Source: Gammaproteobacteria bacterium
GTDB lineage: Bacteria; Pseudomonadota; Gammaproteobacteria; SZUA-140
Reading direction: 5' to 3'
Length of the DNA: 64,000 bases
Assembly: GCA_020847075.1 (NCBI GenBank)
Contig: JADLCS010000046.1
Span: 6,295 to 70,294 of the forward strand
The notes beneath the pieces are model-generated. The model did not search any database, was not told where the DNA came from, and worked only from the letters and a program-made list of their open reading frames with translations. Both the position numbers and the translations under genes were made by a program. This document shows positions 8,453-22,725 of the stretch, in pieces (positions within the stretch are counted from its first letter, which is position 1; every line of letters starts with the position of its first letter).

Positions 8453-9166
8453 ATGAAATCATCGCGTCGTCCGCTCGCTACAGGGCCGTCCCGCCCCGGC
8501 CTTTCCGGGCGGCCGGCCCCGAGTATACCCCGGCGCCCGCCCGTGGCGCCGATCCTGTTCTGGCTGTGCCTGGCGGCGGCGGACGTTCACGGTGCCGCCT
8601 ATAAATGGGTCGACGAACAGGGCCGTGTCCATTACGGCGATACCATTCCCCCGGCGGAGATCCACCGCTCCTACGAGCAACTGGACAAGCGGGGCCTGAT
8701 CGACAGGCGGATCGACGCCGCGCCGAGCCCGGAGCAGCGCGCGGAACAGCGCCGGCGCGAACAGCAGCAGGCGGCGGAGCGGGAAGAGGCCCGCCGGCAC
8801 GCGATCCGCGACCAGTATCTGATCGAAACCTATCAGGACCGGGAACAGGTCAAGGCGGATTACGACGCCAGGCTCGCCAGCATCGACTCCTCGATCACGC
8901 TCGCCGTCTCGGTGCTGGAAAAACTGACCGCCCGGCGCGACGCGCTCGCCCGCAATGCCGCCGAGCACGAACGCGGGGGAGAACAGACGCAGAAACTCGA
9001 ACAGGAGATCGGCGACCTCGACCAGCAGAGGGAACATCAGCGCCGCTATATCGAGGAGCGCCGCCGCGAGCGTCTGGAGTTCGAGGAGGCGGCCGCGCGG
9101 GACATCGCGCGCTTCGAGCAACTGCAGGCCGAGCGGCTCGAGGCGGACCGGGACCTGGCGCCCTGA
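8453..9166 (+). CDS. DUF4124-domain protein with a long charged coiled-coil tail
   Basis: YKWVDEQGRVHYGDTIPP is the DUF4124 signature, placed after a hydrophobic signal-like stretch (ILFWLCLAAADVHG). The rest is E/R/Q-rich. ATG 8453 was chosen within tracked ORF 8291..9166; the exact start is uncertain. Confidence 0.7.
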   Translation: MKSSRRPLATGPSRPGLSGRPAPSIPRRPPVAPILFWLCLAAADVHGAAYKWVDEQGRVHYGDTIPPAEIHRSYEQLDKRGLIDRRIDAAPSPEQRAEQRRREQQQAAEREEARRHAIRDQYLIETYQDREQVKADYDARLASIDSSITLAVSVLEKLTARRDALARNAAEHERGGEQTQKLEQEIGDLDQQREHQRRYIEERRRERLEFEEAAARDIARFEQLQAERLEADRDLAP

Positions 9167-9190
9167 AGCGCGGGTATCGTCCCGCGGACC

Positions 9191-10099
<909 letters not shown>

Positions 10100-10167
10100 C
10101 TATACGGTCAGGCGGCGCGTCTGAATCAGATATTAAACCAAGGCACGGCGCACGCAAAAGACGACGC

Positions 10168-12612
10168 TCAGAACGGCAGTACCAGCGCCGGATCGATCGC
10201 CAGCAGGGCGCGCCGGAAGGCCTCCTGTACGCGCTTCAGCGCGGCGGCGTCGTCGGCCTCGAAGCGGATGATCAGGCACGGCGTCGTATTCGACGCGCGC
10301 ACCAGCCCCCAGCCATCGGCGAAATCCGCGCGCAGCCCGTCGATGGTCGACACCTTCGCGTCCGGGAAACGGGTCGCGGCAAGGAATTTCTCCATGAAGG
10401 CGTGATGCATCCCTTCGGCGAAATCGGCCCGCAGCTCCGGTGTCGACAGGGCGTCGGGCAGCCCGGCGAAGACCTCGGTGGCGGAACGCGGCTGGCCGGC
10501 CAGGATCTCGAGCAGACGCGCCATGGTATACAGCGCGTCGTCGAAACCGTACCAGCGCTCCTTGAAGAAGATGTGCCCGCTCATCTCGCCGGCGAGCGGT
10601 GCGCCGGTCTCTTTCATCTTGGCCTTGACGAGCGAGTGCCCGGTGCGCCACATGAGCGGGCGGCCGCCGTGCTCCTCGATCACGCGCGCGAGGTGGCGCG
10701 AGCATTTGACGTCGAAGAGGATCTCGGCGCCCGGATTACGGCCGAGCACGTCGATCGCGTACAGCATCATCTGCCGGTCGGGCCAGATCACGCGGCCGGT
10801 GGAGTCGATCACGCCGAGGCGGTCGCCGTCCCCGTCGAAGGCCAGACCGAGATCGGCCTGGTGTTCCTTCACTGCGCGGATCAGGTCCTCGAGGTTCTCC
10901 GGCTGGCTCGGATCGGGATGATGATGCGGAAAATTGCCGTCGACCTCGCAGAACAGCTCGATCGGCCGGCAGCCGAGGGCGCGCAGCAGATCCGGCGCGA
11001 TGGCGCCGGCCACCCCGTTGCCGCAGTCCACCACCAGTTTCAACGGCCGCGCGAGGCGAACGTCGCCGGCGACGCGCCGGATATAGTCCTCGCCGATGGC
11101 CTGCGTGCGGTAAGCCCCCGGCTGCGCCCCGGTGACCAGGTCGCCCGTTTCGATGCGTCGGCGCAGGCGCTGGATGCCTTCGCCCGCCAGGGTCTCGCCG
11201 CCGATCATGATCTTGAACCCGTTGTACTCGGGCGGGTTGTGGCTGCCCGTCACCATCACGCCGGTACCGGTCCCGAGCGCGTGTGTGGCGTAATACAGCA
11301 GCGGGGTCGGCGCCAGCCCGATGTCGATCACGTCGGTGCCGGTGGCGCGGATGCCGCGGGCGAGCGCGGCGAGAAAGCCGGGACCGGACAGGCGGCCGTC
11401 GCGCGCCACCACGACAGCGGGCAGGCCACGGTCGTGCGCCTCGCTGCCGATGGCCCGGCCGATGGCGTATACGACATCGTCGTCGAGCGTCCGCCCGACG
11501 ATGCCGCGAATGTCATAGGCCTTGAAAATGGAGGCGGACAACGCCGGCAATTCGGTCACCTGGATGCCGTCCCCTCCCCCCGTCGTTTCCTCCCGCCCCA
11601 TCGTTATTCCTCCACCTTCGCTGTCTTCCGGCGGACGACCCGCCGCGATCCGTTCCATCACCGGCCCCGACTCGCGCAGGCTCACCGCATAGCGGTCCCG
11701 CGCGGCACCGCGCCGCCACACATCATACGCCGCGCGCTCGAGCGTGCGCAGATCCCGCCCGAGCGCACGCGCCAACCACCCGAACCCGCCATAGAACGCC
11801 AGGGCCAGCAGCGCGAGCGCCGCGCCGGCGGCGACCAGCGGGGCCGACCGCCCGGCCGGTCCGGCGGGCGACGGCCAGTAGCTGAGACGCCAGCGCGTGC
11901 CCTCCAACGCGATCTCCCGCGGCACCGCCTGCGGTGCCGGCTGCCCCGGCGTGCGCGCGAGCACCAGCATGCCGCCGTCGCCCAGTGCCTGTTGCAACTC
12001 CGCGTAACCCGCCACCGGACGCCGGGTCCGCAGCGGCTCCTGTATCCGATCGACGTCGAAGGACACCAGCAGCGCGCCCGCGACCGCCCGATCCCCATCG
12101 GGGCGACGCACCGCCGCCACGACGTCGAAGTGCTGCTCCGGGCTCTGGAACAGGTGGACCTCGAGCGGCGGCGGCGAGGCCTCGATCTCCGCGCGCCCGA
12201 TCAGCTCGAGGTCGGCGAAGCCGAGCGCGGGAAACGCGCCCGCCACCGGCGGTTCCCGCCCGGCGACGGTCAGACCGACCCGGGTGGCGCCCGGGATCAG
12301 ACGGGCGATCTCCTGTTCGCGCGCGCGCAGCTCCAGCGCATCGCCGCCCCGCACGACCCGCAGCGTCGCCGGCTCCGCGGCGAAGGCCCCGACCTGCCGG
12401 CGCAGATCCTCCAACCGGGAGATCAACTGTTGCCGCAGGGCCGCGGTCTCGACGTCCGCGGTACGCGCCTGCTGCCCGGCCAGCGCGCGGCCCGCCCCGT
12501 CGACGGCGACATAGGCCGTCACCCCCACGGCGAGCGCGGAAGCGAGGAACAGACCCGCGCCGCAGCGGGCAAGACCGAACCGCGGACCGGATCGGGGGCC
12601 CGATTCAGGCAC
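10168..12612 (-). CDS. algC: phosphomannomutase/phosphoglucomutase with a ~337-aa N-terminal two-TM sensor-like extension; internal SD-ATG at 11601 would give a 477-aa cytosolic form
   Basis: C-terminal ~460 aa match the alpha-D-phosphohexomutase family (FKAYDIRG, active-site TGSHNPPEYNGFK, DGDGDR, GEMSGH). The N-terminal part has two hydrophobic helices and high-GC3 coding-like codons. GGAGGA lies 6 nt upstream of the in-frame ATG at 11601. Confidence 0.9.
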   Translation of the reverse strand: MPESGPRSGPRFGLARCGAGLFLASALAVGVTAYVAVDGAGRALAGQQARTADVETAALRQQLISRLEDLRRQVGAFAAEPATLRVVRGGDALELRAREQEIARLIPGATRVGLTVAGREPPVAGAFPALGFADLELIGRAEIEASPPPLEVHLFQSPEQHFDVVAAVRRPDGDRAVAGALLVSFDVDRIQEPLRTRRPVAGYAELQQALGDGGMLVLARTPGQPAPQAVPREIALEGTRWRLSYWPSPAGPAGRSAPLVAAGAALALLALAFYGGFGWLARALGRDLRTLERAAYDVWRRGAARDRYAVSLRESGPVMERIAAGRPPEDSEGGGITMGREETTGGGDGIQVTELPALSASIFKAYDIRGIVGRTLDDDVVYAIGRAIGSEAHDRGLPAVVVARDGRLSGPGFLAALARGIRATGTDVIDIGLAPTPLLYYATHALGTGTGVMVTGSHNPPEYNGFKIMIGGETLAGEGIQRLRRRIETGDLVTGAQPGAYRTQAIGEDYIRRVAGDVRLARPLKLVVDCGNGVAGAIAPDLLRALGCRPIELFCEVDGNFPHHHPDPSQPENLEDLIRAVKEHQADLGLAFDGDGDRLGVIDSTGRVIWPDRQMMLYAIDVLGRNPGAEILFDVKCSRHLARVIEEHGGRPLMWRTGHSLVKAKMKETGAPLAGEMSGHIFFKERWYGFDDALYTMARLLEILAGQPRSATEVFAGLPDALSTPELRADFAEGMHHAFMEKFLAATRFPDAKVSTIDGLRADFADGWGLVRASNTTPCLIIRFEADDAAALKRVQEAFRRALLAIDPALVLPF

Positions 12613-12683
12613 GACGCCACCTATCCCTCAGGTGGAGGCGCGCCCCCGCACCCATGCAGAATGTCTTCAACAAGGAGATGGAT

Positions 12684-13139
12684 TCAATGACGGCCGGAAT
12701 GACCGAAGCCGCCGTCGCCGCGATCACTGCGCTCGAAGTCATCCACGATCTCGAAATCCGCCTTCACGACCGGCACGAACATCATCTGCGCGATGCGCTC
12801 GCCGACGGCGATGGAAAACGGCTCGCGCCCGCGATTCCAGCAGGACACGAACACCTGCCCCTGGTAATCGGAGTCGATCAGGCCGACCAGATTGCCCAGC
12901 ACGATGCCATGCTTGTGCCCCAGTCCGGAGCGCGGCAACAGCACCGCCGCGACGCCGGCGTCGCCGATGTGGATCGCGAGTCCGGTCGGGATCAGGTGCG
13001 TCTCCCCGGGGCGGATCTCCAGCGGCGCGTCGAGACAGGCGCGCAGATCCATGCCCGCCGCGCCCGCGGTCATGTACTCCGGCAGGGGAAATTCCGAGCC
13101 GAGCCGGGGATCAAGGATCTTGAGCCGCACCTTGTGCAT
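12684..13139 (-). CDS. dut: dUTP diphosphatase
   Basis: 151 aa; [50 protein letters not shown]. Confidence 0.95.
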   Translation of the reverse strand: MHKVRLKILDPRLGSEFPLPEYMTAGAAGMDLRACLDAPLEIRPGETHLIPTGLAIHIGDAGVAAVLLPRSGLGHKHGIVLGNLVGLIDSDYQGQVFVSCWNRGREPFSIAVGERIAQMMFVPVVKADFEIVDDFERSDRGDGGFGHSGRH

Positions 13140-14322
13140 GGTATCTCTCCGCGATGTATCCGATGATGTCGCGCCCCAGTTCGCGCTTCGGGGCGCGCGG
13201 CAACTCCGCCTTCCCGCCGTCCCAGAACAGGGTCACTTCGTTGTCGTCGCTCTCGAAGCCGGTGCCTTCCCGGCCGACCAGGTTGGCGACCACCATATCC
13301 AGCCCCTTGGCCCGCAGTTTCGCCATGGCGTTGCGTGCGAGGTCGTCCGTCTCGGCGGCGAAGCCCACCATGAACGGCGCGGCGGGCAGGGCCGCGACCT
13401 CACCCACGATGTCCGGCGTCCGCTCCAGTTCCAGCGCCGCCGGGACTGCGTCCTTCTTGAGCTTGCGCGGGGCGGGGTAGCGCGGGCGATGATCCGCCAC
13501 CGCCGCCGCCGCGATGAAGATGTCGCAGCCGGCCTGCTCCAGCGCGCAGCGGCGCATCTCCTCGGCCGTGGCGACCTCGATACGCCGCACCCCCGCCGCC
13601 AGCGGCTGCGCGACCGGCCCGCTGATCAGGGTCACGCGCGCGCCCGCCGCCGCGGCCGCATCGGCCAGGGCGTAGCCCATCTTGCCCGAGCTGCGGTTGG
13701 ACACGAAACGCACCGGATCGATCGGCTCGCGCGTCGGGCCGGCCGTCACCACCACCGACACCCCCCGCAGGGGTCCGGCCGCGAACAGCCCCGCCGTCAG
13801 CGCGGTCAGTTCCTCCGGTTCCAGCATGCGCCCCGCGCCGGTCTCGCCACAGGCCTGGTCGCCGATGCCGGGACCGAACAGCCGCACGCCGCGCCGCTCG
13901 AGGGTCGCCACGTTGACGCGCGTGGCGGGATGCTCCCACATCGCGCGGTTCATCGCCGGCGCCAGCGCCAGCGGCGCCGTGCTGGCCAGACACAGGGTCG
14001 ACAGCAGATCGTCGGCGAGGCCCGCAGCGAGCTTGGCGATCAAGTGGGCGGAGGCCGGGGCGATCAGGACGAGGTCCGCCCAGCGCGCCAGTTCGATATG
14101 CCCCATGACCGTCTCGTCCTCGGGGTCGAGGTGACGCGCATGCACGCGGCGTCCGGACACCGCCTGCAGCGTCAGCGCGGTGATGAACTCGGCGCCGGCC
14201 CGGGTCAGGACCACTTCCACCTCGGCGCCCTCGGCGCGCAGCCGGCGCACGAGATCGGGGGCCTTGTAGGCGGCGATGCTGCCGCTGACCCCGAGCAGGA
14301 TCTTTTTGTTTGCCAGACGCAT
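13111..14322 (-). CDS. coaBC: bifunctional phosphopantothenoylcysteine decarboxylase / phosphopantothenate-cysteine ligase
   Basis: 403 aa; N-terminal flavoprotein domain ([15 protein letters not shown]), C-terminal CoaB domain ([11 protein letters not shown]). Overlaps the dut start by 29 nt. Confidence 0.95.
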   Translation of the reverse strand: MRLANKKILLGVSGSIAAYKAPDLVRRLRAEGAEVEVVLTRAGAEFITALTLQAVSGRRVHARHLDPEDETVMGHIELARWADLVLIAPASAHLIAKLAAGLADDLLSTLCLASTAPLALAPAMNRAMWEHPATRVNVATLERRGVRLFGPGIGDQACGETGAGRMLEPEELTALTAGLFAAGPLRGVSVVVTAGPTREPIDPVRFVSNRSSGKMGYALADAAAAAGARVTLISGPVAQPLAAGVRRIEVATAEEMRRCALEQAGCDIFIAAAAVADHRPRYPAPRKLKKDAVPAALELERTPDIVGEVAALPAAPFMVGFAAETDDLARNAMAKLRAKGLDMVVANLVGREGTGFESDDNEVTLFWDGGKAELPRAPKRELGRDIIGYIAERYHAQGAAQDP

Positions 14323-14467
14323 ACCGTACCGCTAAGCTTGGATTCCGGTCCGGGTACTCGCGCGCCCGGGGCCCCATAAGATAGCATTTTATCGATACGG
14401 GCGCGCGGGCACCCCGTCGCGGGATGCGGCGGCCGGTCATCCACCAGAACGACAAGGAGTGTCGATC

Positions 14468-15142
14468 ATGGCGATCCCCCATTGGCCCGCGGCGGAACGG
14501 CCGCGCGAAAAACTGTGCCTGCGCGGCCCGACCAGCCTGTCCGATGCGGAGCTGCTGGCGATATTCCTGCGCACGGGCGTGCGCGGCTGGACGGCGGTGG
14601 ACATCGCGCGCGAACTGCTGCGCGAATACGGCGGCCTGCGCGCGCTGTTCGAGGCGGATCGCGCGCGGTTCTGCCGCGGCGCCGGCCTCGGCCCCGCCAA
14701 ATACGTCCAGTTGCAGGCCGCGCTGGAGCTCGGCCGGCGCCATCTGCGCGAGACCCTGGCGCGCGGCGATGCGCTGAGCAGTCCGGACGCCACCAAGGAC
14801 TACCTGACGGCGCAACTGCGCGACCGGCCCCACGAGATCTTCTCCTGCCTGTTCCTCGACACCCGCCACCGCGTGATCGCCTTCGAGGAGCTCTTCCGCG
14901 GCACCATCGACGGGGCGAGCGTCCACCCGCGCGAGGTCGTGAAACGCGCCCTGGCGCACAACGCCGCCGCGCTCATCCTGGCCCACAATCACCCCTCCGG
15001 GGTGGCCGAACCGAGCCAGGCCGACCGACACCTGACCCAGCGCCTGCGCGACGCCCTCCGGCTGGTGGACATCCGGGTGATCGACCACATCGTGATCGGG
15101 GACGGCCAGACCGCCTCCTTCGCGGAGCTGGGCCTGCTCTGA
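14468..15142 (+). CDS. radC: RadC-family JAB-domain protein (UPF0758)
   Basis: PREKL.., [14 protein letters not shown], and the JAMM motif [17 protein letters not shown] 14468 sits 8 nt after AAGGAG; the tracked ORF begins at GTG 14459. Confidence 0.9.
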   Translation: MAIPHWPAAERPREKLCLRGPTSLSDAELLAIFLRTGVRGWTAVDIARELLREYGGLRALFEADRARFCRGAGLGPAKYVQLQAALELGRRHLRETLARGDALSSPDATKDYLTAQLRDRPHEIFSCLFLDTRHRVIAFEELFRGTIDGASVHPREVVKRALAHNAAALILAHNHPSGVAEPSQADRHLTQRLRDALRLVDIRVIDHIVIGDGQTASFAELGLL

Positions 15143-15275
15143 AACAGTCCATGGGAAAAAACCACAAGATATTGATATGGAAAGGGAATCCAAAATTCCC
15201 GGGCCGACACACTTGTCGCGGGCGGCGCGATTTGATATAAAGCTCCGTTTCCGTCTTTCATCGGGAGATGATGTC

Positions 15276-15512
15276 ATGTCCAGGGTTTGTCAGGTTACCG
15301 GGAAACGGCCGATCGTCGGCAACAACGTTTCTCATGCCAATAACAAGACCAGGCGCCGCTTTCTGCCCAATCTGCAGACGCACCGCTTCTGGGTCGAGAA
15401 CGAGAAGCGCTGGATCAAGCTGCGCGTCAGCACCCAGGGCATGCGCATCATCGACAAACAGGGCATCGATAACGTCCTCGCCGACATCCGCGGCCGCGGC
15501 GTCAAGGTTTAA
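15276..15512 (+). CDS. rpmB: 50S ribosomal protein L28
   Basis: [34 protein letters not shown].. (78 aa), starting inside tracked ORF 15177..15512. Confidence 0.95.
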   Translation: MSRVCQVTGKRPIVGNNVSHANNKTRRRFLPNLQTHRFWVENEKRWIKLRVSTQGMRIIDKQGIDNVLADIRGRGVKV

Positions 15513-15523
15513 GGGGCACGACC

Positions 15524-15679
15524 ATGCGTGAAAAGATCAAGCTCGCCTCCTCCGCCGGTACGGGGCATTTCTACACCACGACCAAGAACAAGCGCACCAT
15601 GCCGGACAAGATGGAGATCAAGAAATTCGATCCGGTCGTGCGCAAGCACGTCGTCTACAAGGAAACCAAGCTGAAGTAG
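15524..15679 (+). CDS. rpmG: 50S ribosomal protein L33
   Basis: Not in the ORF track because it is under 60 aa. Hand translation of 15524-15679: [51 protein letters not shown], stop TAG at 15677-15679. Confidence 0.93.
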   Translation: MREKIKLASSAGTGHFYTTTKNKRTMPDKMEIKKFDPVVRKHVVYKETKLK

Positions 15680-15703
15680 GCCTCCGGTCGGGCTTCAGTG
15701 GCA

Positions 15704-15738
15704 GAAAAAACCCGCCTTTGGCGGGTTTTTTGTTTTTC
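15704..15738. terminator. bidirectional intrinsic terminator between rpmG (+) and the desaturase gene (-)
   Basis: AAAAAAA-CCCGCC-TTT-GGCGGG-TTTTTTGTTTTT: a GC stem flanked by an A-run and T-runs. Confidence 0.8.
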
Positions 15739-15749
15739 GCTGGCCGTCC

Positions 15750-15774
15750 GGGGACGGATTTCAAATCCGTCCCC
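15750..15774. repeat. palindromic element GGGGACGGATTTCAAATCCGTCCCC, copy 2 of 2
   Basis: Same 10-bp stem as 5091-5116, again in a convergent-gene spacer. Confidence 0.8.
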
Positions 15775-15784
15775 GAGGATCCGC

Positions 15785-16966
15785 TCACGCCGGCACGGGC
15801 TGCATCGAATAGCTGCGCAGGACGCGGACGAAATCCTGCAGGGCATGGATGCCCGAGGCCTCGGCCTGGCGGCACCACTCCTGCAGCGCGTGCAACAAGT
15901 GCTCGTTGGAATCCGCCGAGCGGCGCCACAGGGCCTGTAGGCGCTGCTTGAAACGATATACCGTCTCCAGTGTCTGGCTGTCGCTGAGGATCGATTCCAG
16001 CCGGCGCTGATCCCGTTCATCGATGAGCGATTCGTCGCGCATCAGCAGGCGATGCGCCTTGCGCAGCAGCGGCCGGGCGGCGCCGGCGGCACGGCGCATC
16101 TCGTCGCGCTGCACGCGCCGCAGCACGTCGCGCCCATAGCGGGACATGACCTGGAACCGGTTGCCGATGATCGCAGTCAGGGTATCCATGTCCACGGCGG
16201 ACTTGCCCGGATCGAGCCGCGGCCGGGCGGCGACCCTGCGCACCCGCGCGAGGCGGAACAGGCCGAGCAGGCGGATGTACAGCCAGCCGATGTCGAACTC
16301 CCACCACTTGGAGGACAGTTTGGCCGAGGAGGCGAAGGTATGGTGATTGTTGTGCAGTTCCTCGCCGCCGATCAGGATGCCCCAGGGCACGATGTTGGTC
16401 GAGGCGTCGGGCACCTCGTAATTGCGGTAACCCCACCAGTGACCGAGGCCGTTGATGACGCCGGCTGCGAAGACGGGGATCCACAGCATCTGGATGCCCC
16501 ACACCGCCACGCCCGCGATGCCGAACAGGAACAGATCCAGCAGCAGCATCGAGGTGATGCCGAGCACGTTGTGCGGGGTGTAGAGCCTGCGCTCGATCCA
16601 GTCGTCCGGGGTCCCGTGCCCGTACTTTTCCAGCAGCGCGCGATCGGCCGCCGCGGCCTTGTACAGCTCGGACCCTTCCAGCAGCACCTTCCTGATGCCG
16701 CGCACCTGCGGGCTATGCGGGTCCTCCTCGGTCTCGCACCGGGCGTGGTGCTTGCGATGAACGGCCACCCATTCCTTCGTCACCATGCCGGTCGTCAGCC
16801 AGAGCCAGAAACGGAAGAAATGACCGACCGCCGGATGCAGGTCGAGCGCCCGGTGGGCCTGGTGCCGGTGCAGATAGACGGTGACCGCCGCGATCGTGAC
16901 GTGGGTCAGCGCCAGCGCCGCCAGCAGGGACTGCCCGAGCGAGAAACCGGTGATGCCGTTCATCAT
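15785..16966 (-). CDS. membrane fatty-acid (acyl-lipid/acyl-CoA) desaturase, DesA-like
   Basis: 393 aa with histidine boxes HRHQAH, HRKHH and HNNHH, N-terminal TM helices, and a long C-terminal soluble tail. Confidence 0.85.
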   Translation of the reverse strand: MMNGITGFSLGQSLLAALALTHVTIAAVTVYLHRHQAHRALDLHPAVGHFFRFWLWLTTGMVTKEWVAVHRKHHARCETEEDPHSPQVRGIRKVLLEGSELYKAAAADRALLEKYGHGTPDDWIERRLYTPHNVLGITSMLLLDLFLFGIAGVAVWGIQMLWIPVFAAGVINGLGHWWGYRNYEVPDASTNIVPWGILIGGEELHNNHHTFASSAKLSSKWWEFDIGWLYIRLLGLFRLARVRRVAARPRLDPGKSAVDMDTLTAIIGNRFQVMSRYGRDVLRRVQRDEMRRAAGAARPLLRKAHRLLMRDESLIDERDQRRLESILSDSQTLETVYRFKQRLQALWRRSADSNEHLLHALQEWCRQAEASGIHALQDFVRVLRSYSMQPVPA

Positions 16967-17107
16967 GTCGAAACGAGCCTCCTGCCTCGGGTGATCGTGG
17001 AGAGGGGCATCGCCGGGAAGGCCCGCCCGCCACCTTCCTGCATTATAGGGGCGGGGAGACGCCCTTTCACCCGCCGGCCCCTGAAGGAGACCGGGCGCAT
17101 CCGGCCC

Positions 17108-18331
17108 TCAGGTGCGGTACTCTGCATTGATGCGCACGTAATCGTAGGAAAAATCGCTGGTCCAGATCCGCGCCCGCGCGTGGCCGCGCGCGAGTTCGAT
17201 CCGGATCGTGATCTCGCTGCGCTGCATGACCTCGCGCCCCCGTTCCTCGGTATAGTCCGGCGCCCGCCCGCCGCCGCGCACGATGCAGACCTCGTCGAGG
17301 TAGACGGAAACCGCGTCGACGTCGAACCCGGACAGGCCGCTGCGCCCCACGGCGGCGAGGATACGCCCCCAGTTGGGGTCGCTGGCGAAAAACGCGGTCT
17401 TCACCAGCGGGGAGAGCGCCACGGCGTAGCCGACGGCGCGGCATTCGTCCCGGTCCCGGCCCTGGACCGTATCGACGGTGATGAACTTGGTCACCCCCTC
17501 CGCATCGCGCACGATCGCCTGCGCGAGTTCCATGCACACCCCGGCGATGGCCTCGCGCAGCGCCGGATAACGCTCGTCCTGCTCCGAGAGCAGCGGCGGC
17601 GCCGACGCGGCGCCCGTGGCGATCAGGACGCAGGCGTCGTTGGTCGAGGTGTCGCCGTCGACCGTGATGCAGTTGAAGGAGTCGTCGATCGCCTCCTGCA
17701 GGCAGCGCTGGAGCAGGTCGGGCCGGACGCGGGCGTCGGTGGCGACGAAGGCCAGCATGGTGGCCATATCGGGGTGGATCATGCCGGAGCCCTTGGCGAT
17801 CCCGGTGACCGTCACGGTGTGCCCGCCGAGCCGTAGACCGCGCGTTACGCCCTTGGGCACGGTATCGGTGGTCATGATGCCGGTGGCGGCATCGGCCCAG
17901 CCATCCGCCCGCAAGGCCGCGCGCGCCGGCGGGAGACCGCGCACGATCCGATCGACCGGCAGCGGCTCGCCGATCACGCCGGTGGAAAACGGCAGCACCT
18001 CGGACGGATCGCAGCCGGTCTGCGCGGCCAGGGCGGCGCAGCACTCCTCGGCGCCGCGCAGGCCCGGCGCGCCGGTACCCGCGTTGGCGTTGCCGGTATT
18101 GATCAGCAGGTAGCGCGGCATGCGCGCGGCCAGATTGCGGCGCGCGACCGTCACCGGCGCGGCGCAGAAGGCGTTGCGCGTGAATACCGCGGCGCAGTCG
18201 CTCCCGGGGGCGAGTTCGATGACCACGAGATCGGGCCGGCCCGGCTTGCGAATGCCCGCCGCCGTGGTTCCGAGGCGAACGCCCGCCACCGCATGCAGCG
18301 GCGGCAGCACATCGGACAGACCTACGGCCAT
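17108..18331 (-). CDS. argJ: bifunctional ornithine acetyltransferase / N-acetylglutamate synthase
   Basis: 407 aa; GFxAAGIxxGIKK-like N-terminus ([11 protein letters not shown]) and the autoprocessing site ..[11 protein letters not shown]. Confidence 0.95.
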   Translation of the reverse strand: MAVGLSDVLPPLHAVAGVRLGTTAAGIRKPGRPDLVVIELAPGSDCAAVFTRNAFCAAPVTVARRNLAARMPRYLLINTGNANAGTGAPGLRGAEECCAALAAQTGCDPSEVLPFSTGVIGEPLPVDRIVRGLPPARAALRADGWADAATGIMTTDTVPKGVTRGLRLGGHTVTVTGIAKGSGMIHPDMATMLAFVATDARVRPDLLQRCLQEAIDDSFNCITVDGDTSTNDACVLIATGAASAPPLLSEQDERYPALREAIAGVCMELAQAIVRDAEGVTKFITVDTVQGRDRDECRAVGYAVALSPLVKTAFFASDPNWGRILAAVGRSGLSGFDVDAVSVYLDEVCIVRGGGRAPDYTEERGREVMQRSEITIRIELARGHARARIWTSDFSYDYVRINAEYRT

Positions 18332-18433
18332 GATCGCATCACCGGGACGACCTCGAACGCGGGAAACGCATAGACGATAGAGAAAGCGGGGCGGATATTC
18401 AAGCCGGGACGCGGGGCGGGCGGCCGCCTCGCG

Positions 18434-21160
<2,727 letters not shown>

Positions 21161-21212
21161 TTAGCGGTGACGGGAAATTGATGAGGCGAACCACCGCCCG
21201 GGGCGCGGCGGC

Positions 21213-22136
21213 CTATTTGGCCGCGTAGACGAATTTCGCGGGGTCTACCACACGGCCGTTCTTGAGAACTTCAAGGTGGACATGAGGTCCGGTCGAGCGT
21301 CCGGTCGATCCCATCAATGCGATGCTCTGTCCCTTCGCGACCACGTCCCCGACCTTGACCAGATTCTCCCGGTTGTGGGCGTAGCGCGTAATATAACCGT
21401 TGCCGTGGTTGATTTCCACCATCATGCCGTAGCCGTAACGCTCCGCCGCCCAGGTCACCAGACCGGAGGCGACGGCGTGGATCTCCATGCCGTCCTTCCC
21501 GGCGAAATCGAGCCCCTTGTGGTACTCGCGCCGCCCGGTGAAGGGGTCGGTCCGCATGCCGAAGTAGGATGAAATCCAGCCCCCCTCGATCGGGCGTCCG
21601 GTCGGCAGCACCTGGGCATCGAGACTGCGATTCATGAAAAAGGATTCCAGCACGCGCAGCTGCTGTTCGCGGCTGTCCATCTGCTCCGCCAGCAGATCCA
21701 GGGATTTCATGAAGCCGGGCGCATCGGTCTCCTGCGCCAGTTCGATATCGGGCTGCGGGCCGCCCTGCGCCGGGGGCTCGGCGAAGTTGAATTCGGCCTT
21801 GTCGAGCTTGGCCACCTCGACCAGACGCTGCCCCAGGGCGTTGATGCGGACGGCCTGCGCCTGCAGGTGGCCCAGACGGGTCGCCAGTGCGCTCACCTCT
21901 TCCCGCGCCTGCTCCGAGGCCCGATTGATCTCCGCCCGGTATTGCACCAGCTCCTGCGCCCATTCGCCGGGGATCAGGGCGTCATGCGCCCGGGATTTGC
22001 CCAGATAGAGGCCGGTGAGGATCGCCATGATCGGGACCAGCACCAGCAGGCCGACCAGGGTCGCCGCCATCCTCCAGCCTTCCAACTGGATATTGGCCGG
22101 TTTTCCCGCACGCTTGGTAAATACGATAATATTCAT
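21213..22136 (-). CDS. M23 family murein endopeptidase (single TM anchor, coiled coil, LytM domain)
   Basis: 307 aa; the C-terminal LytM motifs HKGLDFAG.. and ..GSTGRSTGPHVHLEV. Confidence 0.85.
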   Translation of the reverse strand: MNIIVFTKRAGKPANIQLEGWRMAATLVGLLVLVPIMAILTGLYLGKSRAHDALIPGEWAQELVQYRAEINRASEQAREEVSALATRLGHLQAQAVRINALGQRLVEVAKLDKAEFNFAEPPAQGGPQPDIELAQETDAPGFMKSLDLLAEQMDSREQQLRVLESFFMNRSLDAQVLPTGRPIEGGWISSYFGMRTDPFTGRREYHKGLDFAGKDGMEIHAVASGLVTWAAERYGYGMMVEINHGNGYITRYAHNRENLVKVGDVVAKGQSIALMGSTGRSTGPHVHLEVLKNGRVVDPAKFVYAAK

Positions 22137-22191
22137 TCCGTATGCGATCCGATCAACGGGCCCGCCGCGCGGGGATTATCGAGACTTCGTC

Positions 22192-22674
22192 ATGAAAACC
22201 ACGCCCTCCGGCCGCCCGGACCCGGGCAAGTCCTGCGGCGCCCTGCTGAGCGGCGGCGCCGGAGAGTTCGGATACCTTATAGAACACTGCAAACGGCTGG
22301 AACGCATGTCCCGCCTGCTGCTGGACCGGCTCCCCCCCTCTTTCGCACCCCACTGCCGGGTCGCCGGCATCGTACGGCAGACCCTGGTCCTGCATGCGGA
22401 CTCTCCGGCATGGGCGTCCAAGCTGCGTTATTATTGCCCGCGCTTACCCGCGGATCTGTGTCAGCAGCCGGATTTCGGACAATTGAACGATATCCGCATC
22501 AAGGTGGTGCCGCCCGAGGTCGTGCAAACATCACGCCAACCACGTCAGGCACCCCGGCGCTCATTGCCGCCGACGGCCGCGCGCCTGCTGCGGGAGGTGG
22601 CCGCCGCGACCCCGAACGCACCGCTCAGGGAGGCGCTGCTTCGCCTGGCGACTCGGGAAAAAACCGATTCCTAG
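22192..22674 (+). CDS. DUF721 / DciA-like protein (putative replicative helicase operator)
   Basis: 160 aa from ATG 22192 inside tracked ORF 22015..22674. The core ..CRVAGIVRQTLVLHADSPAWASKLRYYCPRL.. fits the DUF721 pattern. Position between the M23 gene and lpxC is as in Pseudomonas (from memory). Confidence 0.7.
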   Translation: MKTTPSGRPDPGKSCGALLSGGAGEFGYLIEHCKRLERMSRLLLDRLPPSFAPHCRVAGIVRQTLVLHADSPAWASKLRYYCPRLPADLCQQPDFGQLNDIRIKVVPPEVVQTSRQPRQAPRRSLPPTAARLLREVAAATPNAPLREALLRLATREKTDS

Positions 22675-22725
22675 TTAAGAACCAATAAGTTAAAGCTTCC
22701 GCGCGGGTTCGCGCGGGTGAACCGC

